DNA of 64,000 bases from Squalus acanthias (Eukaryota), in NCBI GenBank assembly GCA_030390025.1, contig JASTWF010000070.1, forward strand, positions 1,364,001 through 1,428,000, written 5' to 3'. This document shows, one piece after another, positions 1 to 9,736 of this stretch. The notes beneath the pieces are model-generated. The model did not search any database. It saw only the letters and a list, made by a program, of their open reading frames with translations, and had not been told where the DNA came from. The position numbers and the translations under genes were made by a program. How positions within the stretch are numbered: the first letter of the stretch is position 1; every line of letters starts with the position of its first letter.

Positions 1-295
1 CCGGCTCGCAGCTGTTAAATTCAAGTCAGGCTCCCAACTGCACTGTGGGACCCTGATTTAAATATTAAAATGAGGTTTCCCGCCTGAGAGCTTAGACATG
101 ACGGCAGGAGTTTATGCAGTGGGTTCAGGTGGGGTTAGCTCATTTTTATATGTGAACCACCCCCACCCCCCACATTCTCCCGCCCATCTTATTCCCATCC
201 ATTCCCCCAATAGGGTTCCCAGATCCTATTGCGTTCAGGAATGAATTGCTGGGTCAATAAAATATTCTAAGAGCACTGTATGTAGGTTACAGAGC

Positions 296-500
296 ACCAA
301 CAACAACATGTTTTTATACAGCGCCTTTAACGTAGTAAAACGTCCCAAGGTGCTGCACAGGAGCGCTTAACAAACAGAATTTGTTACTGATCCACATAAG
401 GAGATAGTGGGACAGGTGAGGAAAAGCTTGCTCAGGGAGGTGGGTTATCAGGAGTGTCTTAAAGGTGAAGAGAGAGGCGGAGAGGTTTAGAGAAGGGACT
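296..500 (-). mobile_element. L2-type LINE 3' tail fragment (paralog at about 14415-14620)
   Basis: Same tail as 11560-11780, 57800-58030 and 60620-60843, ending in (GTT)n. Confidence 0.7.
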
Positions 501-658
501 CGGGCAGATTGGGAAACATCGAGTTTCGCTACCAACAGTTAAAATTTGAAAATCTTCAGAAATTTGCGGGGAATCGAACAGGTGGAGCACTTTAAGTGAC
601 AGGAGTGTCAATCCCCCGCATTCACAGCTCCAGGATTGTCCTTTCGCTTTGGAGTCAA

Positions 659-2849
659 GGCCGGGGCTTTGCTTTGCTGGGCGGGTCCGGTGCGGACGGT
701 GGCCACGGCGTTCGCGACCCCGCTGCTAGCTCCATGCCTCTGCTGCAAATTAACTCACCTTAATGGGGCCTATTAAGCCCGTCCAGCGCGTTACCCGGCC
801 CAATGACATGGACCGAGTCTGGTGACGTCATTCATGACGCGTTATCAGCCGGGATCTTTGAAGGGACCATGGCCACATCACAGTTGAAGTTTAATCTTAC
901 ATCGTGCTGTCGTTGCACTAAGGGACATGGGGGAGAGATGATAGCGGGATCCTGACCCGCTGACAAAAAAATCAAAATTCCCTCTCGACCCCCCCACCGA
1001 GCTCGCCCGCTATCACACCGGAAAATACCGGCTGGGTCTGCACCGAGTTCTAATCGACTCCAACCTAAAGTCCAACTGCAATCTTAGGGGGGAATTTTCC
1101 TGGGGTTCAGCGGCGGGATCGGTAGCGGGTCAGGAGGGAAAATGTTTTTTTTACAGTGGTCGGGTTCCCGCTGTCAACCCGACACCACGCGCCTTTACCA
1201 AATGTCGGGTCTGTCAGCGCTAAACTGACCCGACACGTGGCGGCGGGGGAGGCAATTCAGGTCATTATGACCTTGTTAACAGAGCAGTAACAAGAATTAT
1301 TAGCTCACCTTTCGAACTTACCATCTCGCCAACGGGCTCCACGCTGCTGGGGCATCACGTCTGTTAATCTGGGCGGGAGTTGAAGCGCCATCTCATTATT
1401 TGATATCTGGAAAAGTGCTATAAAAGCTCCCATCTCACAGCTGTTCACTTTCCAAACTCAAAACCTGTTGCTTACTGCAGTTGGAAGAGTGATTGAACTT
1501 TAAGCAGATTTCAAGTGTTTGGAGCAAATTCGTTCATAGTACGTGTAAATATTACATCACCTCATTGCAACAACCTCTTCCACCATTGACAGATTCCTTC
1601 TCTCATCTCAAGTTCACCTGCCATCGATTCCATCAGCATGGGTACGGTTTATACTCTCCCACCTTGGTCCTCATAATCTGAGCACGATCAGCCACAACAT
1701 CAGCATCTCCAGGCACACCAGCAGCACTAACAACAACACCAACCTTCTCCGCAATCACCTGATGCTGCACAGGACAGAGGGCATCAGCACCCAAACACAT
1801 TGCTGTCCGGTGCTCCAGTGGTGGCCTCACCATGGCCAGATTTACTTCACTTGACGCTCCACACCCATATGGTTGCCACATGATGTGCCAGGTTGGCACC
1901 ACTCCAAACCAACAACGTAAAGCATCCCTACAATGCCCAAGCCATTCCTTTTTCACTCATCAACATTGCAGGGGTGGGGGTACGATTATGTTTCAACATT
2001 CACTGCAACTCACTAAGCCACTTTCAAAGGTGCACACCAATCTGTCGAAGAATGGAAGAAGTGTAGAAAAAAAAGATTTCCATGTCTCGTAACAGAAATT
2101 TCAAATGATAATTGGCTAAAACACAAAAGTGCCTATCCTTGTGTGTTGTCATTTGGTATGATTGGACTAGGCTGATGGTGAGTGTGAGAGGAGGCTAGTG
2201 ATATGTGAAAGTGAGAATGTAGATAGAGAGGGATGGGTAGAGGTGCAAGGTAAGTTGGTGTGAGGAAGGCTGTGCAGCAGTAGGACAGGGAAGACAGATT
2301 CATGGGGATGCTCCGAGTGGCACAGCAGGATGAGGTTGAGTGTGACTTTGCATTTACATTTCGTGTTCTACTGAGATCATTGAACGGTTTGTACCACTGA
2401 AGTCTGGTCCTCTTGACGATATCCCTGCTTCTGTCCTCCTGTACAATGTGCAACCAGGCTGCGTTGATCTCCTGGGGAGGTCTCTTCGGAAGGGAAAAGA
2501 GCCTCCCTACGTGCTCTGAAGGGAGTCAGGGGAGAGCGTGTGTGCAGCTGTTCACATCTGTGAAGTGCTTATCAATGTTTGCAGCACTTCAATGCTGCAG
2601 AACAGGAACAGCACTAATGTCAAAGTAAATTTGTGTATGGTCCCTTTAAGTAAACCGGCTGATGACGCGCCATTAAATGACGTCATCAGACACGCTTCCT
2701 TCAATTGGCTGGGAAACTCGCAAAACGGGATTAATAAGGCCAATCAGGGGCAAGTCATGTCGGAGGCCGAGATTGAGCCAGCAGCCAGGCCGCGACACAC
2801 CAACGACCTCGCCCGCCACGGACCCGCCCAGTTCGGGGAAATCGCGGCC
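659..2849. mobile_element. Degenerate PIF/Harbinger-like DNA transposon(s) with long imperfect inverted repeats
   Basis: 659-872 is an imperfect inverted copy of 2636-2849; 941-1031 is an inverted copy of 1087-1174; GG-starting termini; internal Myb/SANT-like remnant. Confidence 0.7.
2365..2483 (-). pseudogene. Myb/SANT-like DNA-binding domain remnant of a Harbinger element (paralog about 16500-16623)
   Basis: RPPQE(I/T)NAAWLHI(V/A)QE...KRTRLQW(Y/R)KPFNDL fits the W..IA..V...RT..QC.K.(W/F).DL pattern of Harbinger-associated Myb/SANT proteins. Confidence 0.65.
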
Positions 2850-3644
2850 TCGGTGTCTCCACAGCGAGTCTTTGACACAGACCTACTATACTGTGTGGGA
2901 AATGTTCATCTTTTCCTCTTTTGCCGACCCGCGTGTAGTTCCTAAACTATCCTCCACGTTCACAGCCCAGCCCAAACACCCTGAGCATACGTTCATTATC
3001 TGTGCTTTTCCGAGCAGGAAGATGTCCCCTTTCAATATTTGATTGAGCAACGGAATCAGACTAAATTTTAGCAATCTCTTTCATAATCTACTCCCAGAAT
3101 GATGCGTGGCGCTCTTTAATGAATGACCTGTAATGGCTCAATTTCGCATTTGAAGTTAGGGTGCCAAAGGTGACACCTGTGGTTTCAGCACCGATCTACA
3201 GAAGCTTAATGTTTGGAAATCAAACAGCCACGTGATGTGCGGTGTCAGAATAATCCTTATCCTTCACTGTAATATATGCTGGTGGACTCAAGAGATAGAG
3301 AGATTAATAATCTTTATTTATCAGCACAATTATAGAAACTTAGCACCTCCAGTGCTATGAGAATGATTTCAATTGTACTCACAAGCTCATCTATTTAATT
3401 ATGCAAAGGTAAGCAAGTTGATCGTACGTCAGCACGTTCATAGTACGTGTGATTATTACGTACGCACGCAGGATTAATATGTAAACTCGTTGGTGCTCAC
3501 GCATGCTACTCGCAGTCCCGCCTCCCCCCACCAGCCTTGCACATGTTAATTGGCGACACCCTCTGTCCAGTGTTCTCTGGACATTTCACATGTATGATTA
3601 ACCATATTCAGAATCCTCACTTGCTGATCTAGGAGCACAGGAAC

Positions 3645-4850
3645 AGGAGTAGATCCACAGTGGATTACCTCACATTCCCCCACATTGAGCGACATCTGTC
3701 ACATTTCCCTCCACTCACAATCTGTACATATCCCCTTCCAAATTGTTGCTCCCATCCACACAAGTTACTGTGCCTACTAACTTAACACCACCTGCAAACA
3801 GAGATATACAACTCCCTATTCCTTCACCCAAATCATTAATAAATAGAGTGGAAAGATTGAGGCTCCAGAACAGATCCCTGGGGAACACCACTTGTCACAT
3901 CCCGCCAATCTGTGTACCTACCCTTTATTCCGACTCTCTGTCTCCAGCTTCCCATCCAAACTCCAACCCAAATAAAACGGCTCCACCCATCCCATGTGGT
4001 CTCAACTTGTCCAATAATCTTTAATGTGGAACCTTATTGAATACCTTCTGAGATTCCATAGAGACAACATCCATAGACACTCCTTTCTGTATCTGATTAG
4101 TGACATCCTCAAGAAATGTAACTGGTTTAGTCAGATATGATTTACCTTTAAGAAAGCCATTCTGGCCCCCTCTGACCAGCTTATATTTGCTTAAATGTTC
4201 ACTCACTCTATCCCTAATGACAGATTCTATTAACTTCCCCACAACTGAGGTCGAACTGACAGGCCGGTAGTGACCTGGCTTCTCTCGCCCACCCTACTTC
4301 AATAATCCAGTATCTGGAGCACAGTTCTGGGCACCGCATCTCAGAAATGATATACTGGAGGGAGTTCAGCGTTGATTCACCAGAATGTTACCAGGGATCC
4401 AAGGGATAAATTACGAGGAGAGATTAAAGAAACTAGGCTTGAATTCCCTGGAATATTTAATATTAAGGGGTGATTTGTTTGAGGTTCATACGATTTTGTG
4501 AGGGATTGATAGGGTAGACAGAGAGAAACTACTCCTCCGGTGGGGGGACGTCCAGAACAAGGAAGCATAATCTTAAAATTAAGAAATCCAATAGGGAATT
4601 CAGGAGCATCCTTTTATACCCAGAGATTGCTGAGAATCTGGAACTCGCTACCATATGGAATAGTTGAATCGAATTGTATAGAAGCATTTAAGGGGAAGCT
4701 CGATGAGTACATGAGGGAGAAAGGAATAGAAGGATATGTTGATGGAGTGAGATGAATAGGGGTGGGAGGAGGCTCGTGTGGAGCATAAACACCGGCATAG
4801 ACTGATTGGGCTGAATGTCCTGTTTGTTCAGTACATTCCATGTAATCCAC
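3645..4850. mobile_element. Old CR1 LINE fragments: RT piece on - (about 3645-4300) joined to a 3' piece on + (about 4306-4850); paralog about 17785-18995
   Basis: YRPVSLTSVVG / QKVFNKVPH on -; FYTQR..R.WNSLP...FKGKLD on +. Confidence 0.85.
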
Positions 4851-4912
4851 TAAATGTCCCTTTAAGTGCTGAGTAAAGACGGACCACTTTAAGCTCGTGG
4901 CAGCATTTCATG

Positions 4913-4918
4913 TTTATT
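4913..4918 (-). terminator. IgL-A polyadenylation signal AATAAA
   Basis: About 310 nt downstream of the C stop codon; conserved in copy B. Confidence 0.7.
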
Positions 4919-5228
4919 AAGAGCTGTGTTACACAAGTTCCCAATCACAATACGGTCACAGACTAAAGGGAAATCTGTCCCCATTCTACACACAGCGAAA
5001 GTTTACACACAAGATTATGGGGACAGTTGTACAGAAAGTTCCATCTCACAAAGCTGGACAATCATTTCGTTCTCTTCTGATATTATTGAACATTCGGGTT
5101 GTTTGACAGAAATTGAAATTGCTACAGCGATTATAATGCAAAAAAAGACTTATTGCACACATTGAATGATTTGTTTCATTACATTAAACACTACCAAAAA
5201 TCAAACTCCACTGCGAACTCGCACCGCC

Positions 5229-5557
5229 TCAGTCTGAACACGAGGAGGCGCTGATGGTCTTGAGAAGAGGCGAGCTCAGGGAGCCGTGGCTGACGCTGCA
5301 GGAATAGCTGGAGCCCTTGTTCCAGGCGGCGGCGGGGACTCTCAGGTAACTGCTCAGGCTGTTGGTTTGATCGCTGTCCGGGGACACGGTGCCTGTCGTC
5401 ACCCCGCTGTCTGTCTCTTGGCCATCCACGCTCCAGCGGGGCCGCACCAAGCCCGGCTTAAAGCGACTGACCAGGCAGGACAGAGTGGCCGATCCCGAGC
5501 CGATTTCTTCCGAGGAGTGAGGGAGGAGAAGAACCGAGGGGCTTCGATCCTCGCTGC
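5229..5557 (-). CDS. IgL: Ig light chain cluster A, constant exon
   Basis: Acceptor CAG|GC at 5558/5557. SEDRSPSVLLLPHSSEEIGSGSATLSCLVSRFKPG...W...SYSCSVSHGSLSSPLLKTISASSCSD*; C1-set Cys/Trp pattern and near-terminal Cys; phase matches the J donor. Confidence 0.95.
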
Positions 5558-5736
5558 CTGTGTGTGGGGGCAGAGAAAATTCATTAGTTTATGGAATCCG
5601 TCAGCAGTGGGACGCTCTGATCTAAAATCAAAGACGCCAAAGAACCCCGAACAACATTAACTTTAAAATAAATTACTGATTAATACAGGAGTTCCAATAA
5701 ATTCTTAAATCTCTAATTCCTCTGCTCCTCAGCCAA

Positions 5737-5860
5737 TACTTTTCCCTACATTACAACAGTGACTTGGTTCAAAAGTACTTCATTGGCTGTAAAGCGCTTT
5801 GGGACGTCCTGAGGTCGTGAAAGTAGCTGTAGAAATACAAATCTTCTTTTCTTTCTTTCT
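5737..5860 (+). mobile_element. DeuSINE (SacSINE1-like) 3' fragment in the J-C intron (paralog about 19890-20005)
   Basis: Matches the 3' end of the SINE at 62789-63792. Confidence 0.75.
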
Positions 5861-5871
5861 TGTAAAATAGC

Positions 5872-6034
5872 ACAGAAAATGCAGAAATACAGACCGGGTC
5901 AGTCAGCATGTGTGAAGTGGAAAGATCAGTAACTGACCAGTTCAGGTGCAGGTTACACCCCCGGAACCGCACTAACCTGTCTGTTCACGTTACAGACACT
6001 GACCGACCCGCCGTGTATTCCCAGCATTTTCTGT
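5872..6034. repeat. About 160-bp foldback inverted repeat in the J-C intron, probably a decayed Penelope-derived palindrome (paralog about 20018-20180)
   Basis: ACAGAAAATGC...CGGGTCAGTCAG versus CTGACCGACCCG...GCATTTTCTGT; origin assigned from recall of shark repeats. Confidence 0.6.
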
Positions 6035-6474
6035 TTTTATTTGATTTTCTATAATTGCAGTTCTTTCCCGTTTTACTTCATTATAATAAAGCGTTTGATT
6101 GTCTTAAAATGGGTTGTGTTAACATTAAAGTGGTCGAGTCACGGAGCTGTGACCCGCTTTTCACCGAGAATCCACATTATGTTCTGATATCTCAAACTGA
6201 TGCAGCCCTTTCAAAGACCCGCCACAGGCAGGATGGGCCAAATGGCCTCCTTCTCTACTGAATTATTCAATAATACTCCGGAAAAAAAAATTCCAATACG
6301 GATTTTTTTTAGAATTGCCTGTTAGAATCTGATCCGCTTTAAATGTTGCGGGGATAATAATTGAGTCGGGTCTGTTACCGGATATTGAAGAGCTCACTGA
6401 ATAAAGAGAGGACATTGTACACGGGCTGGCAATTAATGTAGTGACTGTCTAACAATATTGTAAATGCTTTTCAT

Positions 6475-6870
6475 AGAATTACACAGAATATACAGCACAG
6501 TTCATTCGGCCCAACCAGTCCATGCCGGTGTTTATGATCCACTCCAGCCTCCTCCCTTACTTCCACATCTAAATCTATCAGCATAACCCTTTATTCCCTT
6601 CTAGCTCATGCGCTTATCTAGCCTCCCCTTAAGTCCATCTACACTATTCGCATCAACCACTCCCTGTGGTAGCGAGTTCCACATTCTCACCACACTCTGG
6701 GTAAAGAAGTTTCTCCTGAATTTCCTCTTGGATTTCTTGGTGACTATCTTATATTGATGGTTCCTAGTTATCCTCTTCCCCACAAGTGGAATCATTCTCT
6801 CTGTGTCTGCTCTATCAAAACCTTTCATCATTTTAAAAACCTCTATTCGGCTACCCCTCAACCTTCTCTT
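6475..6870 (-). mobile_element. CR1 LINE 3' fragment in the J-C intron (paralog about 20613-21020)
   Basis: IEVFKMMKGFDR...NFFTQ.VVRMWNSLP C-terminal ORF2 motif plus tail. Confidence 0.85.
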
Positions 6871-7537
6871 TGATGAAGGGTTTTCACGTTTTAATATTTC
6901 TAGTAAAGGGGGAACAAGGATTGTAAAAGTTACTCGCTGCAGAGGCAAGTAAGGATTCCTCCCCGCGCGGGTGAACTGATTTCTCTCTCGGGATCAGGTC
7001 AGTCTCGCCGGTCCCGGAGCGATCAGTTCAACACTGGGCGGTAGCGGAACCGACAGATCAACCCAGGAGAATCGGCGCTATCCCCGGGGGGACACTGGAC
7101 AGGAAGAGTCAGCAGACACAGCCTGGGGGAGGGGAGAGGGTCAGCAGCTAGAGAATGAGATGGAGAGAAAGTTCCCTTCAACAAGCATCACCCAGTCTCA
7201 CTCACACACACGGGGCTGGTCAGTAATTGTCACTGCGCCGTTCCATGGTAAAGCGCCGGTCGTGCTCTATAAACAGCGGGGAGATTGCGAATAATGAGCT
7301 CAGACAGATTAAATATCGGAACAGGTAATTCAGAATAAAACCGATCCCGTCAAACGAATACAATCCCGACTAGTCCCGGTGTTGCTGGCGACAGGGAGTC
7401 GATCCAACCGGTTGTGTGCTGGGACAGCGGGTCTCTGGAGGGTCCTCTCTCTCTCCCAGCCCAGAGCCGGACACCCGACGGCTGCGGTCAGGGGGACAAT
7501 ACGCCACAGGAATAAAACCAGCAAGCAACATTGAAAG

Positions 7538-7582
7538 TTGCAAATGACGGTAAATGGGTTGGGATTCCCCCGGGGGCTCGCC
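7538..7582. promoter_or_regulatory. Candidate J-C intronic enhancer motifs: octamer-like/E-box TTGCAAATG and NF-kB site GGGATTCCCC (paralog 21673-21718)
   Basis: GGGRNNYYCC match at 7561-7570 (GGGGTTCCCC in copy B), in non-TE intron sequence. Confidence 0.4.
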
Positions 7583-8121
7583 CACCGGCTCCGGGCAATC
7601 TATTTAAAATCGGACGGTGTCGACGCTGGACAATAGGAATAATTCCACATACACAAAGAGAATAAGTAAGGAACAGCGTAGAATCATACAGCACAGAAGG
7701 AGGCCATTCGGCCCATCGTGCCTGTGCCGGCTCTTTGAAAGAGCTCTCCGATTAGTCCCACTCCGCTGCTCTTTCCCCATAACCCTGCAATTTTCTCCCT
7801 TGAAGTCTCAGTGTAACACAGTGACATATTCAGTGTCCACTGTCAGAACTTCACAGTGTCGCTCACAACTTTCCTCTCTCTCTCCTCATCTCCCCCATTG
7901 AATGGGAGCAGGAAATGGTGTCAAATCTCATTTCAGCGCAGTATTATTCCCCGAGGCGCTTCAACAATTCTAATTCTGACCAGTTAAACATTGTTTGGTT
8001 ATAAATAGATTTAACATCAAAATTCACTGAATGGAGATTTCTCTGGCGCCCGGGAGTGAAAGCGACTGTAAATTAATAATAATTGAAACAATGTGAATGA
8101 TAGAATGAGAGAGTCACTTAC

Positions 8122-8475
8122 TCTTTACACTCAGGACGGTCCCCGGTCCGAAGATGAATCCCGACTCCCACACAGCACAGTAATAGACGGCGGAGTCACC
8201 GGGCACCAGGGTTCCGATGGTCAGAATGTAACTGTTACCGGAGGTGTCTCTGGAAGGTTGAAAACGGTCTGTGAAGCCGGTGCCTCGGAATATATCACCA
8301 TCTGTATCATGTCTTATCACCCAGACCGGAGCTTCCCCGGGTCGATGTCGGAACCAGTCCACATCCTCGCTGCTCACAGCCCCGTTCTCCATCGCACACT
8401 GTAACCGGGCGGTCTGACCCGCGGAGACAGGATCGGATATTGGGGACTGATTGAGGACGGGAGCCGCCAGGACAC
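8122..8475 (-). CDS. IgL: Ig light chain cluster A, germline-joined V-J exon (type I/NS5/sigma-cart-like)
   Basis: Polypyrimidine acceptor TTTCTTTTATTGAAG|GT at 8476/8475. Translates VLAAPVLNQSPISDPVSAGQTARLQCAMENG...WFRHRPGEAP...DSAVYYCAVWESGFIFGPGTVLSVK with both Cys, the Trp and the J motif FGxG in one frame. Donor A|GTAAGT at 8122/8121. Isotype assigned from recalled similarity to shark type I chains. Confidence 0.95.
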
Positions 8476-8627
8476 CTTCAATAAAAGAAAAAAATCAACC
8501 CATTCAGAGACTTGGAGCAAATAGGATGTTAATACGTCAATAAACACGGAGAGAAAACCGCTCGATTCTCGGTATTGAACCGATTTAGTTGCGGATAAAC
8601 CCGTGACTAAAACCATCCGTGTCTCAC

Positions 8628-8676
8628 CTGTTGAATGGATCAGCAGAGCCCACAGGAGATGCATCGCTGGAGCCAT
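8628..8676 (-). CDS. IgL: Ig light chain cluster A, leader exon (MAPAMHLLWALLIHST/G)
   Basis: ATG at 8676, hydrophobic signal peptide, phase-1 donor ACAG|GTGAGA at 8628/8627. Confidence 0.92.
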
Positions 8677-8793
8677 TTCCTCCGGAGAAGCGCCAACAGC
8701 CGCCGCTCAAATTTCCGACTGAACCGAGCGCTGTTCCTGTAAACTCCGGGACCCGGTCCGGTTACAGTGTCTGCAAACCCGAGACTCCGGGTC

Positions 8794-8816
8794 TATTTAT
8801 TACCCGGTATGCAAAT
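8794..8816 (-). promoter_or_regulatory. IgL-A promoter: octamer ATTTGCAT (8809-8816) and TATA-like TAATAAATA (8794-8802)
   Basis: Exact octamer in light-chain orientation about 130 nt upstream of the ATG; conserved in copy B. Confidence 0.85.
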
Positions 8817-9736
8817 GGCTGGGAGGGGCCAGGAAAAGGAAGGAGGCAGATTTTTAATTCGGGATTTTTATTTAAATCTTTTTGTGTCTGACTAAATTAT
8901 TACAATCTTAAACTTTTAATATACAAATATTTCATTTCCAATTGGAGTTTCTGTTAAGGGAAAGTTCCAAGATTCCGAAGATTTTTGCGATAATGAATAT
9001 TTAGTCTGTGTTCTACCCCACAAAAATGAGGGGCGGATTGTAGAGATACGGATCAGCTGATGCACTTCAGCCGGAATCGTTCTGATAACGCGCTGTTACT
9101 CTCTGATATAATGCATCAGATTTTAAAATAATCGTTTCCGCCTAAAATACATATTTCATAATAGACTGACGTCCCTTTCTCTAAATCAGCAGCAACACAT
9201 TTGTCAATCCCTTAAAAATTGTGGTGTCAATTGATAAATATGATTTGGGCTTCAGTCTGTAAATATATTTCTGATGAGAATATTCCTGAGGCGCAGTAAA
9301 GAGCTAATTAGATGAATGAGAAAGAGGGGAAGAAAGTGGAATTTTACAGCCTGCCCCGGATTAAAGAGAAGTTGTTCTATTATAGTCTGAGTCATCCCCT
9401 TTAACACTCAGGAGGACAAATAAAACTCGGCACAATATTAATAAAATGACACCTTGCCTTTAATTTGCTGCGGGTCCGATTAATGCGCGCAGCTCCCGTT
9501 TTAAACCCTGTTCCAGTTGAATTATTAAGCGGCGGGGTCAGTTGTTTCTGGGGCTCTGTGATGTTGAACACTTCCCCTGTTTGGAGTCAATCCCTAACTC
9601 CCCACAATGAGTCTTGGTTCATGTTTTTAAAAGTCAGATTGAAACTGGTTAGTGTCAGTTACTTGAGGGCGAAAGAAACATGCATCAAATTGTTAATAAT
9701 TGAGTTGTGTCGAGATATTAGCGTCAAAGGAATAAT

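Larger units (their letters stand above)
1..9660. repeat. Segmental duplication, copy A (IgL cluster plus flanks); left edge probably extends beyond the window
   Basis: Colinear with about 14125-27465: offset about 14.12 kb at the left end, 14146 at the C exon and 14656 at the leader. Shared paralogous ORFs in the track (e.g. 314..535 vs 14434..14655). Homology ends near 9660/27465. Confidence 0.95.

Noticed and set aside
41-47. CACTGTG heptamer as an RSS
   Set aside because: No nonamer at 12 or 23 bp and no adjacent gene segment.
8122-8475. Positive selection on V claimed from 10 replacement versus 3 silent changes
   Set aside because: The ratio is near the neutral expectation and the counts are too small; needs a formal test with more paralogs.
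5229-8676. Joined VJ as a processed retrocopy or a somatic B-cell rearrangement captured in the assembly
   Set aside because: Introns and promoter are retained, and the same junction occurs in two diverged tandem copies, implying a heritable event older than the duplication.
8374-8676. 100-aa ORF starting at the leader ATG
   Set aside because: Read-through of the leader into the intron and out of frame with V; the spliced model explains the region.
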